A stretch of 64,000 bases of DNA from Cyanidioschyzon merolae. Lineage: Eukaryota. The notes below the pieces were generated by a model. The model searched no databases. It worked only from the letters and a program-made list of their open reading frames with translations, and was not told the origin of the DNA. Position 1 is the stretch's first letter. Every line of letters begins with the position of its first letter. Positions 43,477 through 54,223 of the stretch are shown one piece after another. The position numbers and the translations under genes were made by a program. Location of the stretch: assembly GCA_000091205.1 (NCBI GenBank), contig AP006492.2; one strand, written 5' to 3'.

Positions 43477-44934
43477 GTGCACGCTTTGAGTAATGCGTTG
43501 GCGTTTCTCTGCGGGCACCTGTGGAACGACACGTGTTCGCTCATGTTCTGTTTTCCCAGCTTATCGAGACCGCATATTGGCACGAATTTTGCGGATTTTG
43601 ATGCTTCCAAGGTAACGCTCGCACACAGAAGACGCTCACATGGAGCTTCATCACGCACCGTCTATGCAGTTGCCGAGCGGCCGCTAGACAAAAAGCAGCG
43701 ACGCCGCGAGATTATGCAGAGCGAGAAGTTTAATCGTCGAGGTTTCGCCTCTACGAAAGAAGAAGCACAAGGATTGATGGTTGGAGAGTTCTCATCGGAA
43801 CTCTTGAAGGCGCTACGTGAAAGTGCGTACACCCTGGAACGGGACGGCTTGACGGTGCTCCTGGCCAAAGCGTATGGCTTTTGCTGGGGAGTCGAACGCG
43901 CGGTCGCGCTAGCGTTTGAGGCGCGTCGTCAGTTCGCCGACAAGCGGATCTGGATCACGAATGAGATCATCCACAATCCCAAGGTTAATACGAGACTCAA
44001 GGAGATGGGTATTTTCTTCGTTCCAGAACATGTGGATGAACGGGGCATGCGGCATAAGGATCTGAGCGGCATCGAGCCGTCGGACGTTGTGATTTTGCCG
44101 GCTTTCGGAGCGACGCTCGACGAAATGACGTATCTGGATCGGTTGGGATGCCAGATCGTGGACACAACCTGCCCTTGGGTGAGCAAGGTTTGGAATGCGC
44201 TCGATAAGCATCAGAGGGCGCGCTGCACCTCTATCATCCATGGGAAATGGAATCATGAGGAGACCATAGCAACTGCTTCATTCGCGGAAACGTATCTGAT
44301 TGTCAAGGACCTTGAGGAGGCGGAATACGTTTGCAACTACATTCTTCACGGTGGCGATAAGGAAGCATTCCTGAACAGGTTTCAAAATGCGATGAGCGCC
44401 GGTTTCGATCCCGAACGAGACCTGAATGCAGTTGGCATTGCCAACCAAACCACGATGATGAAGAACGAGACCGCTGCTATCGGGAAGCTCTTTGAGAAAA
44501 CCATGATGCGCAAGTTCGGTCCAACCGAGCTCTCGAAGCACTTTGTGGCGTTCAATACCATCTGCGATGCCACGCAGGAACGCCAAGATGCGATGCTAGA
44601 GCTGGTTGAGCAGGACCTCGACCTCATTCTTGTCGTCGGCGGTTTCAATAGCTCGAACACGAGTCACTTGGTCGAGATCGCCCATCAGCGCGGTATTCCT
44701 GTCTACCACGTGGACACCGCCGAGCGCATTGGACCCGGGAATCGCATTGAGTATCGCGATGTGCATGGACAAATCCAGCGCGCTGAGTACTGGTTGCCCA
44801 AGACCGGCAAGCACGGTGGCCACGTGCGCCTCGGTGTGACATCGGGTGCATCGACCCCCGATCGTTATGTCGAGGAATGTCTTGATCGCATCTTCCTCAT
44901 CCACGCCCTCGCAAAGTCAGAGGTAGCCGTCTAA
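43477..44934 (+). CDS. ispH: 4-hydroxy-3-methylbut-2-enyl diphosphate reductase (IspH/LytB), the plastid MEP pathway enzyme, with an N-terminal targeting extension.
   Basis: '[18 protein letters not shown]', '[11 protein letters not shown]', '[12 protein letters not shown]', 'GIANQTTM' and '[17 protein letters not shown]' are the conserved LytB blocks including the Cys ligands. There is a plant/apicomplexan-like N-terminal extension. Confidence 0.9.
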   Translation: MHALSNALAFLCGHLWNDTCSLMFCFPSLSRPHIGTNFADFDASKVTLAHRRRSHGASSRTVYAVAERPLDKKQRRREIMQSEKFNRRGFASTKEEAQGLMVGEFSSELLKALRESAYTLERDGLTVLLAKAYGFCWGVERAVALAFEARRQFADKRIWITNEIIHNPKVNTRLKEMGIFFVPEHVDERGMRHKDLSGIEPSDVVILPAFGATLDEMTYLDRLGCQIVDTTCPWVSKVWNALDKHQRARCTSIIHGKWNHEETIATASFAETYLIVKDLEEAEYVCNYILHGGDKEAFLNRFQNAMSAGFDPERDLNAVGIANQTTMMKNETAAIGKLFEKTMMRKFGPTELSKHFVAFNTICDATQERQDAMLELVEQDLDLILVVGGFNSSNTSHLVEIAHQRGIPVYHVDTAERIGPGNRIEYRDVHGQIQRAEYWLPKTGKHGGHVRLGVTSGASTPDRYVEECLDRIFLIHALAKSEVAV

Positions 44935-45754
44935 ACTCACAACGCGGATGATGCTTTCATCTGTTCTGGTTCACGAAGTCGTCCTCCCGTTGGCGACCGC
45001 ATGCATCCTCGAGTCATGGAATGATCGATTGGTACAGGATGTGCGGCAAGTCCAGTGGCGAGCGCATGACCCGTGCATCTGTGGTGTTGCGGGCACCCAG
45101 GAAACCGTGCAGTGCATGCGAACGTGTACCCATTGCAAGCACGTTCACGCGTCTTCATCACGATTCATGACATGTTATCAGCTGCAGTGAGATATCCTTT
45201 CTATCTCTCTCTCTCTCGCACTCTCACGCACGCTAGCATGTTTGCGGTAGCTTGCGGTGCCTGCATCGACGCATCGAATCAGAGCGGTGTGGTGTGTCTC
45301 TGCCCAAATTCCCCGTTTCCACCGCAGCGCTCAGAAAGAACACTTCGTATCGAGTCGAGCCTTGCGGCCGTTGCGCGCAACTGCGGAACCTCGTCGTTCA
45401 TCGGACCGCCTAGATCGGTTTCCGCAGCACGGCACCAGCTGAGCACCGGCTGAAACCTGCTCACACCTTCATTATCTTTCCGTGTGAATAGGAACGCATG
45501 GAATCCGTCTCTGCCCGCTGCTCTGGATGAATACGGCGACGCGACAGTTCGACGCATTTAACCAGGTATCACGGAGTGCGCGATGATTCTTGACACCTAC
45601 CAGAGCTTCCATCATTCCGTACCTGGCCTTCATGCTCCACCAATAACCATCACCCATAGTTCGTCTCGGGGATTCGGGTCCGCTCATACGATTCATGCAC
45701 GCGATAGTTGTCGGCATTGAGCGACACTGGGACGGGCGATGATGCTCAAGCAAT

Positions 45755-46948
45755 TTGGACGGAGGCTGGGCGCAGCGCTTGCAGGATCGAAACCTGTACC
45801 GCATTCTTCCAGGTGTTGCACGCTGTTCCAAAGTCGGGGCTGACGACTTGCTTCCGAACACTCATGCCCACAGTTTTCGAAGTGCGATGACCGGGAAGCC
45901 TCCGCGAAAGCGGAATCCACAATCTGAAGTGCGAGCGTTGTCTATAGCAGCAACGGCAACAGCAGCAGCAGGAGCTGCGGATGCGGGAAAGAACGCAGCG
46001 TCAAGCGTCAGTGCCGCTGACTTGCCGCCTTCCTGCAGACTCTACGAGGCAATCACAGGGATTGGAGGCGGAGCGCTAACTCCGGTCGGAACACGTGGTG
46101 AAGGCGCCGGTGGTGCACCGTCGTCGTCGTCGTCGTTGTCGCCGCTGTTCCTTCAGCCGTACCTCTTCGCACGACCGAGTCCGTGTCTCGAGCACGAGTT
46201 CGAGCGCATCGGGGCCGAGGCTCCACGCTGGTTGGCGGCACCACCTGTGGTGGACGATGAGCTGGAATGGGATATCCTCGGCGATCTCTTTCGGCCGCTG
46301 TATATCGACACGGAAGAGACACAACAATGGGAAACTGTTTTGAATCAAGCTGGCACGACGCGGTGCCTACCGGGTGCGCCCCAGGCTACCTGCGCTTCAA
46401 CGATCTGTCAACATTATCTGAAAGCGCTTTCTCAGGAGATGTCTCGGGCAACGACGGAATACGCGACACTGGATGGCGGCGATGATGCGCAGACGCGTCT
46501 ATCGCCGACGGACACATTGCATCTACGTCGCAATGCTTTTGCGACGCTGGTATACGCATCCCCGATCGTCTTCGAGCCAATGGATTATGTTGTGCTCCTG
46601 GAATGGGTTATGCAGGGGGTTTCGGAGACCGGCGCGACCCCGAATGCGTCCATCCCTGAATCGGTCGAGTTGGGACTTGTCACTCTTGAAATCGCCGTGC
46701 CCTGCATCCTTTATCGTTGGCTTCGGAGGCAGCCGTGCGTCTCGACCGCCGCGAGGGTCAGCTGTCGAGAGCGACTCCTACCGGATGGACTGGTAGAGCT
46801 CGCTCGCGTTGCATGCCGCTGTGCCCAGATCCGCGAACGTTTCCTGTTTCCAGACTGGGTCGCGTGGCTTCGTGAGCATCTGAGGCTCGCGCCCAGGGCC
46901 GGACTCGCTGGGCGCTGGCTCGAATTCGAGTTGATGCGCATGTACTGA
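45755..46948 (+). CDS. Hypothetical protein of 397 aa with no recognised domain.
   Basis: A long ORF in the intergenic space between ispH and chlP. The composition is Ala/Gly-rich and low-complexity. Confidence 0.2.
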   Translation: MDGGWAQRLQDRNLYRILPGVARCSKVGADDLLPNTHAHSFRSAMTGKPPRKRNPQSEVRALSIAATATAAAGAADAGKNAASSVSAADLPPSCRLYEAITGIGGGALTPVGTRGEGAGGAPSSSSSLSPLFLQPYLFARPSPCLEHEFERIGAEAPRWLAAPPVVDDELEWDILGDLFRPLYIDTEETQQWETVLNQAGTTRCLPGAPQATCASTICQHYLKALSQEMSRATTEYATLDGGDDAQTRLSPTDTLHLRRNAFATLVYASPIVFEPMDYVVLLEWVMQGVSETGATPNASIPESVELGLVTLEIAVPCILYRWLRRQPCVSTAARVSCRERLLPDGLVELARVACRCAQIRERFLFPDWVAWLREHLRLAPRAGLAGRWLEFELMRMY

Positions 46949-47196
46949 ACATGAGTGGAATGTTGAGCAAGCATAAACGCTTTAAAGCCGTTGAAGACAC
47001 CGTTCATAGTGCGATGATATTCTGGTTACACTCGTCCGCGGTTCCATACAGTTCTCCGTGTAGGGGTCATTCGCTCGATGCTCAGCAGTTGGTGATGCGG
47101 TAGAGCCTCTTTGGTAAAAAGCAAGCGCCAGATGCGCCCGCGCTCAACCGCAAACCAACAGCACTTTCACTTCCCGTGTTCTGACATGGGAAGCGC

Positions 47197-48639
47197 CTAC
47201 GGGGCTAGAGCATGGCCACGCATCAGGGATCCTATCGTGCGGAAGAGCAACTTGACGTCCTCAACTGGGCTCGTGCGCGTAACCTTCTTGTAAAGATACG
47301 AATCAAAGGTCACCTGTTGGACGTAGTCATCGCCGCAGAGTTCACAAAACGCCTCCCGAGCGGCATTGTTCGTGTAGAACACTTTCTGCAGGATATCAAG
47401 CACTGTATACGTTGGTCCATACTGGCGATCGTACGGCCGGAGGTAGCCATTGCGCAGGTCCTGCTCCGTGGGTATGCGGCTTCCGTTCAAGCTCGCGCGT
47501 ACGATCGCTTCGCCACACATGCGTCCGCTCTTCGCAGCGAAGTAGATACCCTCGCCGGAGCACTTGGTTACGTAGCCGGCCGCGTCACCGACGAGGGCAA
47601 CCCGGCCGACCACGCGACGCGGCCGCGGATGCTCCGGGATCGGATGCGCCTCTACTTTGATCACTTTGCCACCAGCGATCTTCGGTGCTGCTCGCTGGCG
47701 AATGCCTTCCTTGTAGCGTTTGATGTTGGGCTTGTCGATTACCGTTCCGGTCCCGACACCAACGTGGTCGTACTTTGGAAAAACCCAGGCATAAAAATCT
47801 GGTGACACATCATCTCCGACATACATTTCCGCGAGATCTTCATAGAACGCCATCTTGTCGTCGGGAATTTTGATTCGCTCCTGGAAAGCAATCGCATAGC
47901 TGTAGTCGCCAGCGTCGATTGCCTTGGCGACCCGAGAGTTGGCACCGTCTGCCCCGACGACCATGTCGACTTCGAGAGAGCTTGTGGTGGCCCTGCCCCC
48001 GTCGATCTTATCGTAGTCTGCGTACTTGATTCGGTACTTGCCGCGGGGATCGCGCGGATCCGGAAGCTCTACCTCCTGAACGAGCCCGTGCACACGAATC
48101 GCTCCAAGTTCATAAGCGCGCTCTCGCAGATAGCTATCCAGAATCTCGCGACGTGTCATACCGATGTACTCATGAGGTTTGAGCGTTCGACCAACCGGAA
48201 TCTCACGTCCCGAGGGCGAAACCATGAGCATGCGCCGAACCTTCCGGTCAATGATGTCGGGCGGTAAGCCAAACTCATCCACCATACACAGCGGGATAGC
48301 ACCCCCGCAGGGCTTACAGTTATCCATCTTTCGCTCTATGAGAAAAGTCTCAATCTCTGGGCACCTGGCGAGCGCCTCCGCCGCGCACGCCCCGGCGGGT
48401 CCACCACCTACAACAGCAACACGAAACTTTGCTTGAAGGAAGGGTACGCGGCGGATGCATGGGCGGTGAACACGACGGGGAGCAAGCGGGCGCGCGCTTG
48501 AAGCGCCCCAGAACTGGGCGGGCGCGCTCACAAAAGTGACAGACGGTTTCGAGGTTGCCATTTTACGCTTCTTCAAACGGAGCAGATGACTTGCGATGCG
48601 CAGAAACTTCTTGACTTGACCGTCAATTGGGCGTCGCAC
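47197..48639 (-). CDS. chlP: Geranylgeranyl diphosphate reductase (ChlP) of chlorophyll and tocopherol synthesis, with a transit-peptide-like N-terminus.
   Basis: 'FRVAVVGGGPAGACAAEALARCPEIETFLIERKMDNCKPCGGAIPLCMVDEFGLP' contains the FAD-binding GxGxxG and the NCKPCGGAIP motif characteristic of ChlP. The ORF is collinear to the C-terminus. Confidence 0.9.
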   Translation of the reverse strand: MRRPIDGQVKKFLRIASHLLRLKKRKMATSKPSVTFVSAPAQFWGASSARPLAPRRVHRPCIRRVPFLQAKFRVAVVGGGPAGACAAEALARCPEIETFLIERKMDNCKPCGGAIPLCMVDEFGLPPDIIDRKVRRMLMVSPSGREIPVGRTLKPHEYIGMTRREILDSYLRERAYELGAIRVHGLVQEVELPDPRDPRGKYRIKYADYDKIDGGRATTSSLEVDMVVGADGANSRVAKAIDAGDYSYAIAFQERIKIPDDKMAFYEDLAEMYVGDDVSPDFYAWVFPKYDHVGVGTGTVIDKPNIKRYKEGIRQRAAPKIAGGKVIKVEAHPIPEHPRPRRVVGRVALVGDAAGYVTKCSGEGIYFAAKSGRMCGEAIVRASLNGSRIPTEQDLRNGYLRPYDRQYGPTYTVLDILQKVFYTNNAAREAFCELCGDDYVQQVTFDSYLYKKVTRTSPVEDVKLLFRTIGSLMRGHALAP

Positions 48640-48693
48640 ACGCTGGGCTCAAGGCCTGGCTGTTTGTGATCAAGTTCCTGCGGCCCAAGACAC

Positions 48694-48715
48694 CGCACAC
48701 ACACACACACACACC
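48694..48715. repeat. (CA)n dinucleotide microsatellite. Others are (CT)n at ~45204-45217, (GCA)n at ~61801-61820, (TG)n at ~28336-28358 and ~40444-40459, and AGTC/AGAC runs at 24734-24768.
   Basis: Direct reading. Confidence 0.9.
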
Positions 48716-49234
48716 TCAACAGAGCAGCACGCGTGTAGCAGCAACGACGCGTTCGTGCAGTCCGTAAATCCGATGCTTTCACGATCCGCTGGAATGCGGC
48801 GTGGTGCAGCGCGCTCGCGGGATCGCACCCCGAGATCCTTTCAGCTCGACGCCGGTGCGTCGGGCTATCTTCCATAATTGGACAAAACCTTCCTAAAAGA
48901 TCAGGGATCCCCAACGGTGCGCGGTGAAGCACCGATCATACCACGCCCTATCTCCAAGGTCCATGGTCCATAATTCTTCTCGGATACATTGGTCACTTTG
49001 TACGTTCTATCGTGTGCCGCGTATCTGCATTCCTGCATCGGTGATCGCGCCTATAGCGCCGTTACGGTCATAGCAGAGAGACAGGACGACGTTGGCGTAC
49101 CCCAGAGGACGTCGGCTCGAGATGGTAAACTGATACCCAGGCGCAGATGCCTCTCAGCCTTTTTTGACCGTCAGACTGCCATCAATTTCAGTTTATTCAG
49201 GCACGCTTCGAGACTGTGAGGCTGCACGAAGCAA

Positions 49235-49490
49235 GAGGATCGCGCTAGCCCCGAGGGTCTCGTCTCCAGCACCGCACATCATTTGATATTGATAGCGGCG
49301 TTGAAGACTCGGTTCACGAACTCCATGCATGTATTGCCTCTGGTGGTGCTCGCCAATGGAAGGAGTCCTCAAACTAGTGCCCTCAGTGCCATTTGCTGCT
49401 CTGTCAGCTCTCCGTGCTTTTCTATCGTCGAAATGCTCCGCTGCATTCTCCCCATCCCGATCTTTGAATGGTACATCCCAGCTCATCCCT
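49235..49490 (-). pseudogene. Degenerate relic of the Fanzor/TnpB-like nuclease 3' region, the third copy, about 75% nucleotide identity.
   Basis: The minus strand encodes '...LASTTRGNTCMEFVNRVFNAAINIK*' against intact '...[29 protein letters not shown]'. The RuvC-III Asp is replaced by Val and a premature stop follows. Plus-strand 49275.. 'atattgatagcggcgttgaagactcggttcacgaact' aligns to 33625.. 'atattgatagcggcgttaaagtcttggttcacaaact'. Confidence 0.6.
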
Positions 49491-51307
49491 CAGACTTTTT
49501 TGAAAATGAACGCAATTCTTCATGCCATTAGGTGAGGATCTTCCCTAATGGAGAAGGATTCGTTCAAGGAAGATGTAATGTGCCACAGTGTGTCACTGTG
49601 TGCTGGGCGATTCAGCGATTCGGCCAGTGGAGCGGTCGATAATTTCCATGATAGAAAACACTTCTTCAGTGGGGTACAACAACGGAACGTACTACGGAAT
49701 GAAAAGCAGCTCTACCCAGATAGAATCGGCAAATGCTCGATCCCTGGGGAATATTGAAATACCATGTTGTTCAATAGAAGGACGTCTCAATACGTTAGGG
49801 AAACCCTTCAATAATTCGATAAAGTGGTTGGTGCTGTTGTATGCGCCTTTATTACGAGCGATAGCGAGGCCATCAAATGAATGCCCTGCAGCTAGAATAG
49901 ATGATGATGTCCTCGTCTTCTTCGATTTCGATCGTACATACATTGGGCCTCCTTTCCGAGAATACCAATATATGCTCCCACCGTTTCATCCGAAGCAAGC
50001 CTCATCGACTGAGGAAACAAACCAAAGTGCCTGTGCTTCATACCGATCGCGACGTCCCAGGAAAGCTGTGGTAGCGATTTCCGTAGACGATGGCCGTGCG
50101 TGAAACTGGATTTTTTGCCTGTTTCCAAGCTTTTACAGGACCAGATGAACAAGATGTCGAGCAACTGAGACGCCTGTGGCAAATGATACCGACAATTTCT
50201 CTTTCCATACGGTGATCAACGGGTCGCATTCTTCCATTGTCCATAAGCAGTCTTCGAGAATATCGGTTGTTTGCCGCAGAGTGCATATGCTTCTTTGTTT
50301 CAGTGTTCCTCAACCATCGGAGTACTTTGGTATAACTGACTTGAAGGAGAAACACAGTACTCGTTGCACTGTTCAATAAAGAATATATCCCACCGGCAAT
50401 TCGTCTACGATCTATACGGTACATTGCATCGTGATGTCGATCTCCTGCTACACACCCCAGCAGGTCTCCAGCAAATTGGGTTGGAAGACTAGACGAAGTG
50501 TACGCGGTGCTTTCATTGAGATTTTGCATGTTGCATCTGCGAGACAGGTATTCACTGGAGAGCGCAGTGCAACGAAACCTTGGGTTTCGCCGAAACTCCA
50601 GCGAAGACCGGGTACCATGTTTCGAGAGGACGCCTGGGAGTCCTGTGGTCGCGTGAGCAGGAACAGCTCGCCGGTCTGCTGTTGCTTTCGCAAACGTTTG
50701 GAAAACGGAATCGCGGGTGATCGGAAAGCCATGATTTTGGGCGAAGCAGGTTTTACGAGTTCAGTGCGTCCAGTAATCCAGCCACGGCGGTTGTGAGGAC
50801 CTGCCGCAACCCGCTCTGTTGTGGCAGCTATGACATAGACTTGGTGCCCACACTGTTCAGCAGCGTCTGGTGCATGATCCTGGCCAAAGCTCGCACGTGT
50901 CAGCGTTTCCGCCGAGGGCCATAGACGCTCGTGTCGCCAGCGTTTTCAGAGACAGTGTTCCGAGCGTTCGCGTGGCCTTACCTCGCAACCGAAAGGAAGC
51001 GTTTGTCTCCTAGAGTTCGGAATGCTGTTGTCTAAGGTGCGGCGTTTCAGAGTCAGAACACGGACGCGACGCCGCGGATGTTTCGCTGTCCACTCGGCCG
51101 GCTAGGGCGTTCGACGACGGCTCGGTTGCACGCTTGTTCTGAAGCTCTCTGTTTTTCAGCTGCGAGCTTCTTGGAGTTAGGTATCGCCTGCGAGAAGTGG
51201 TGCTTGCCTGAGGGTTCTTGGATCAGATAGATCGGGGGACGCATGCCGGTGCACTCGATGCAGACGGTGGTATTGAGGCGTTGAGCGCGAGAACGCCCAT
51301 TTTCCCT

Positions 51308-52408
51308 TTAAAGAAGAGATGCTAACGTCGCTCCCATTTGCTGTTCCGAGCAGCTCGTGATCACCGTTTTCGAAAAAATGGAATCGAAGCTTGCAGGAGT
51401 GTCCTCAACATCGCTTGCGGATGCGGGCGGCAACAGGGAATCCGACGTAGAATGCGCTCCTGTGCCTCGTGAGACGGGAGCGGGTTCATCCCGCTCGATT
51501 TGAAGGGGCTCGTCGTACAGTACCGCTTGGATAGCCTTGATGAGCGGTAGCTCTGGCTCCGGATGCGTCTGGCAGAGCATCTCGATATCACGTAGTTTTT
51601 CAAAATAGTAGGTTCGTTCTCTCTCGAGATTATCGATGGCAAGCTGCATTTCAGTAATTTTCTGAATCAGCTTGGACTCCTGTTCCCGCGCCAGGCCGTC
51701 TGCAGCATTAACGGCCGGCGGCTCCGTCTTGGTGCCTGGCGATGCAGTGCGCGGCTGAGCCGGGCTCGAGCAAGTCGTGGATTCCTGTGCGGGCGTGCCG
51801 CCACGGGGATGCGTCGTAGCGGAAGCCGCTCGATAGGCCTCCTCCCGCTGCGCCCGAATGTTGCTGTTAACCGCACCCGTGCATCGAAGCGTTCGCGCAG
51901 CGGGCGCATGAAGGCCAGCGGCAGTTTTTGGGCCCGATACAGGACGTCGCTTCATCGCAGCACCTACGGTTTCCCTGCTGACACCGGGCTTTTGTTCGTT
52001 GTACTTGCGGACAGCGGCTTCGCGTCGCTCCACGGCGTTGTAAGGCTGGCCGGCGTAGAAGCGATCGAACACTGCTTTGACCCACTGGAGAAACTCCAGG
52101 TTATCCTGCGCTCTTGCCTTAATGAGTCGCTCGACTTCGATGTGTTTTTCGATACCAACTTTATCCAAAACCGCTTGAAGCACCTTATAGTTCTGTACGT
52201 ACTCGTACTCATGCCGAGCGCTAAAGTTCACTTTATGCAGCGGTACCTTCCCGGGGAAGAGAGCGTCAAAAACCTGACAGTGCGCTGCACCATCTGCGAC
52301 TTGTTCAACTTTCGTGTAACTCAGTTTGAGAAAGTCGTTCAGCCACGATAAGAGTTCCCCCCGAGAAACAAAAAAAGCCCCAGACATGATGCCCACTGCC
52401 TCTGCCAT
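51308..52408 (-). CDS. EB1: EB1-family microtubule plus-end binding protein with CH domain and EB1 C-terminal coiled-coil.
   Basis: 'LSWLNDFLKLSYTKVEQVADGAAHCQVFDALFPGKVPLHKVNFSARHEYEYVQNYKVLQ' is the CH domain. 'DNLERERTYYFEKLRDIEMLCQ' is the EB1 homology domain. Confidence 0.85.
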   Translation of the reverse strand: MAEAVGIMSGAFFVSRGELLSWLNDFLKLSYTKVEQVADGAAHCQVFDALFPGKVPLHKVNFSARHEYEYVQNYKVLQAVLDKVGIEKHIEVERLIKARAQDNLEFLQWVKAVFDRFYAGQPYNAVERREAAVRKYNEQKPGVSRETVGAAMKRRPVSGPKTAAGLHAPAARTLRCTGAVNSNIRAQREEAYRAASATTHPRGGTPAQESTTCSSPAQPRTASPGTKTEPPAVNAADGLAREQESKLIQKITEMQLAIDNLERERTYYFEKLRDIEMLCQTHPEPELPLIKAIQAVLYDEPLQIERDEPAPVSRGTGAHSTSDSLLPPASASDVEDTPASFDSIFSKTVITSCSEQQMGATLASLL

Positions 52409-52778
52409 GTTCGTTCAGTCGCTTGAAAAGCCGAAACCTCACGTTGATCTTGCCAAACAATCAGATGCGCTTCCGCTGGGACTGACAGAGATTTGACGCA
52501 ACTGCACCGCAATGACGCTACGAGAGCACCAGCGACAGCAGCAACAGTGTTCCACAACGATACGATTATATAGCGTAATCCGCTATGTTTGCGTGATGAT
52601 TGCGTCCTGGTAGCGGGCGCTTCTAGCGATAGCGTTGCGCGAATCCAGTTTGAAAATTAAGATCCAAGATGCCGCGCCAGCTCGATAACTTCATTCCCGT
52701 GCGCGATCGATGATGCGATGGTAACGGCTGGTTAAACCGGTCGTCAGTGCACCTTGGTACTAACTCTGGGGACGAGTC

Positions 52779-54137
52779 TTGTCCAGAACTGCGATGCCAC
52801 GTCGGTGTCGCCACACAACTGCGAAGGACAGGCGGGCAGGTGAGAAATGCTGCTGTCGGTGTGGTGCGCTCTGTGAACCTGGGAGCGCGGCAGAAACGGT
52901 ATCCGTTCGGGACGCACCGTGGCAGCATGTCGACGCCAGCGCGGCTGCTGTGTGGACGAGCGCAGTGTACGACGCTGTGTCGCGCCGGTTTCACGACGAC
53001 GACGACAGCGACAACGAACTATCGAGCCCCCTGCTGGCGCTCATGCAACTCGGCTCGGACATGGACTCGGACTTTGAGGCCGACGGTCTACCCAGCGGAG
53101 CGTGGGCGCTCACGCCGCTCGACTTGGACGCGGACTCGGACTCGGACTCGGACTCGCTGCAAGAAAAGACGCGCTCAACTCACACGGGTGAGTCTCGCAC
53201 TGTAACGGCGGAGCGTGGAGCACCTTTGGATAAGAGTGGTCGCTCAGAAACCAGCCCAAGCGAGTCATTGTCTGAGGACTGGCACCGGAAGGAGTTTGAC
53301 ACTGAAAATCTGCAGAGTCTCGCGGAAACAAGCTGGTATCGTAAAACTGGCAACGGCTTACACGCGAAACTGAGCTGGTTGGAGCGGGAGGCGGAATTCA
53401 ACCAGTTGCTGATCGGTCACGGACGCCGAAAGCGGCGGCAAAGACGGAAAAGTGCAGTCAAAGAGAAACGTTTCCTAGAAACAAAAATGAAGCTGGAGGC
53501 CACCATGGATGAGGCGATCCGTACGATGATGCGTTTCTGTGAGGATACCGGACCAAATGCGGTGGACTACGTAGACATGCCAGCCATATGTAGCACGGGC
53601 CGCGAATTCCTTCACCGGCTGGCGCAGGCTTGCCGAACGCGCGTCGTATCGAAGCCTAATGCACATGTAGTAGCGGTCGCTCGAACGCGCAATACTCGAT
53701 GGTGCGGGCTTGAAGAGGCGCAACGGCTGGCCTCGGAATGTTCCGAGAAGGCGCTGCTCAAGCAAAGCGGCCTCTATAGGACACGTCGTGAAACGCGTAC
53801 GAACGACGCCTCGCGGTCGAACGCTTCGGCGACGTCGGCAAAGCGCTCCCCTGAGGACACGGAGAAGCAACAGAAACAGTTCACCAAGGGTACGGTTCAC
53901 ACCGAGCGGGGACGTGCCCAGCTGCAGCAGACCGCGCTTGCCGTTCAGCCAGTTGCAGCCGAGAATCGCGGCCACGAATTGATGCGGCGGCTCGGGTGGC
54001 AACCTGGGCAGGCACTTGGTGCACAAACCGGTGGCGAGCGAGCACTTTTGGAACCGCTCAAAGCGACGTTGCGGCCACCTCGCCGGGGTCTTGGCGCTGC
54101 ACACGCAACTGCGTCTAGTGGAACACCTCCGAAATAG
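52779..54137 (+). CDS. G-patch domain protein with an acidic region that includes a (GGACTC)4-encoded DSDSDS run at 53137..53160.
   Basis: The C-terminal 'GHELMRRLGWQPGQALGAQTGGERALLEPLKATLRPPRRGLGA' matches the G-patch consensus G.. L..MGW..G.GLG....G...P......R.GLG. Confidence 0.45.
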   Translation: MSRTAMPRRCRHTTAKDRRAGEKCCCRCGALCEPGSAAETVSVRDAPWQHVDASAAAVWTSAVYDAVSRRFHDDDDSDNELSSPLLALMQLGSDMDSDFEADGLPSGAWALTPLDLDADSDSDSDSLQEKTRSTHTGESRTVTAERGAPLDKSGRSETSPSESLSEDWHRKEFDTENLQSLAETSWYRKTGNGLHAKLSWLEREAEFNQLLIGHGRRKRRQRRKSAVKEKRFLETKMKLEATMDEAIRTMMRFCEDTGPNAVDYVDMPAICSTGREFLHRLAQACRTRVVSKPNAHVVAVARTRNTRWCGLEEAQRLASECSEKALLKQSGLYRTRRETRTNDASRSNASATSAKRSPEDTEKQQKQFTKGTVHTERGRAQLQQTALAVQPVAAENRGHELMRRLGWQPGQALGAQTGGERALLEPLKATLRPPRRGLGAAHATASSGTPPK

Positions 54138-54223
54138 CAGGAGCAGGCTGACGAACCATGTGAAACGAACGCGCAAAGCGTTCAGCTTTGGAAGAATGCG
54201 GAGTGATGCATCCGTGTCTGCTG

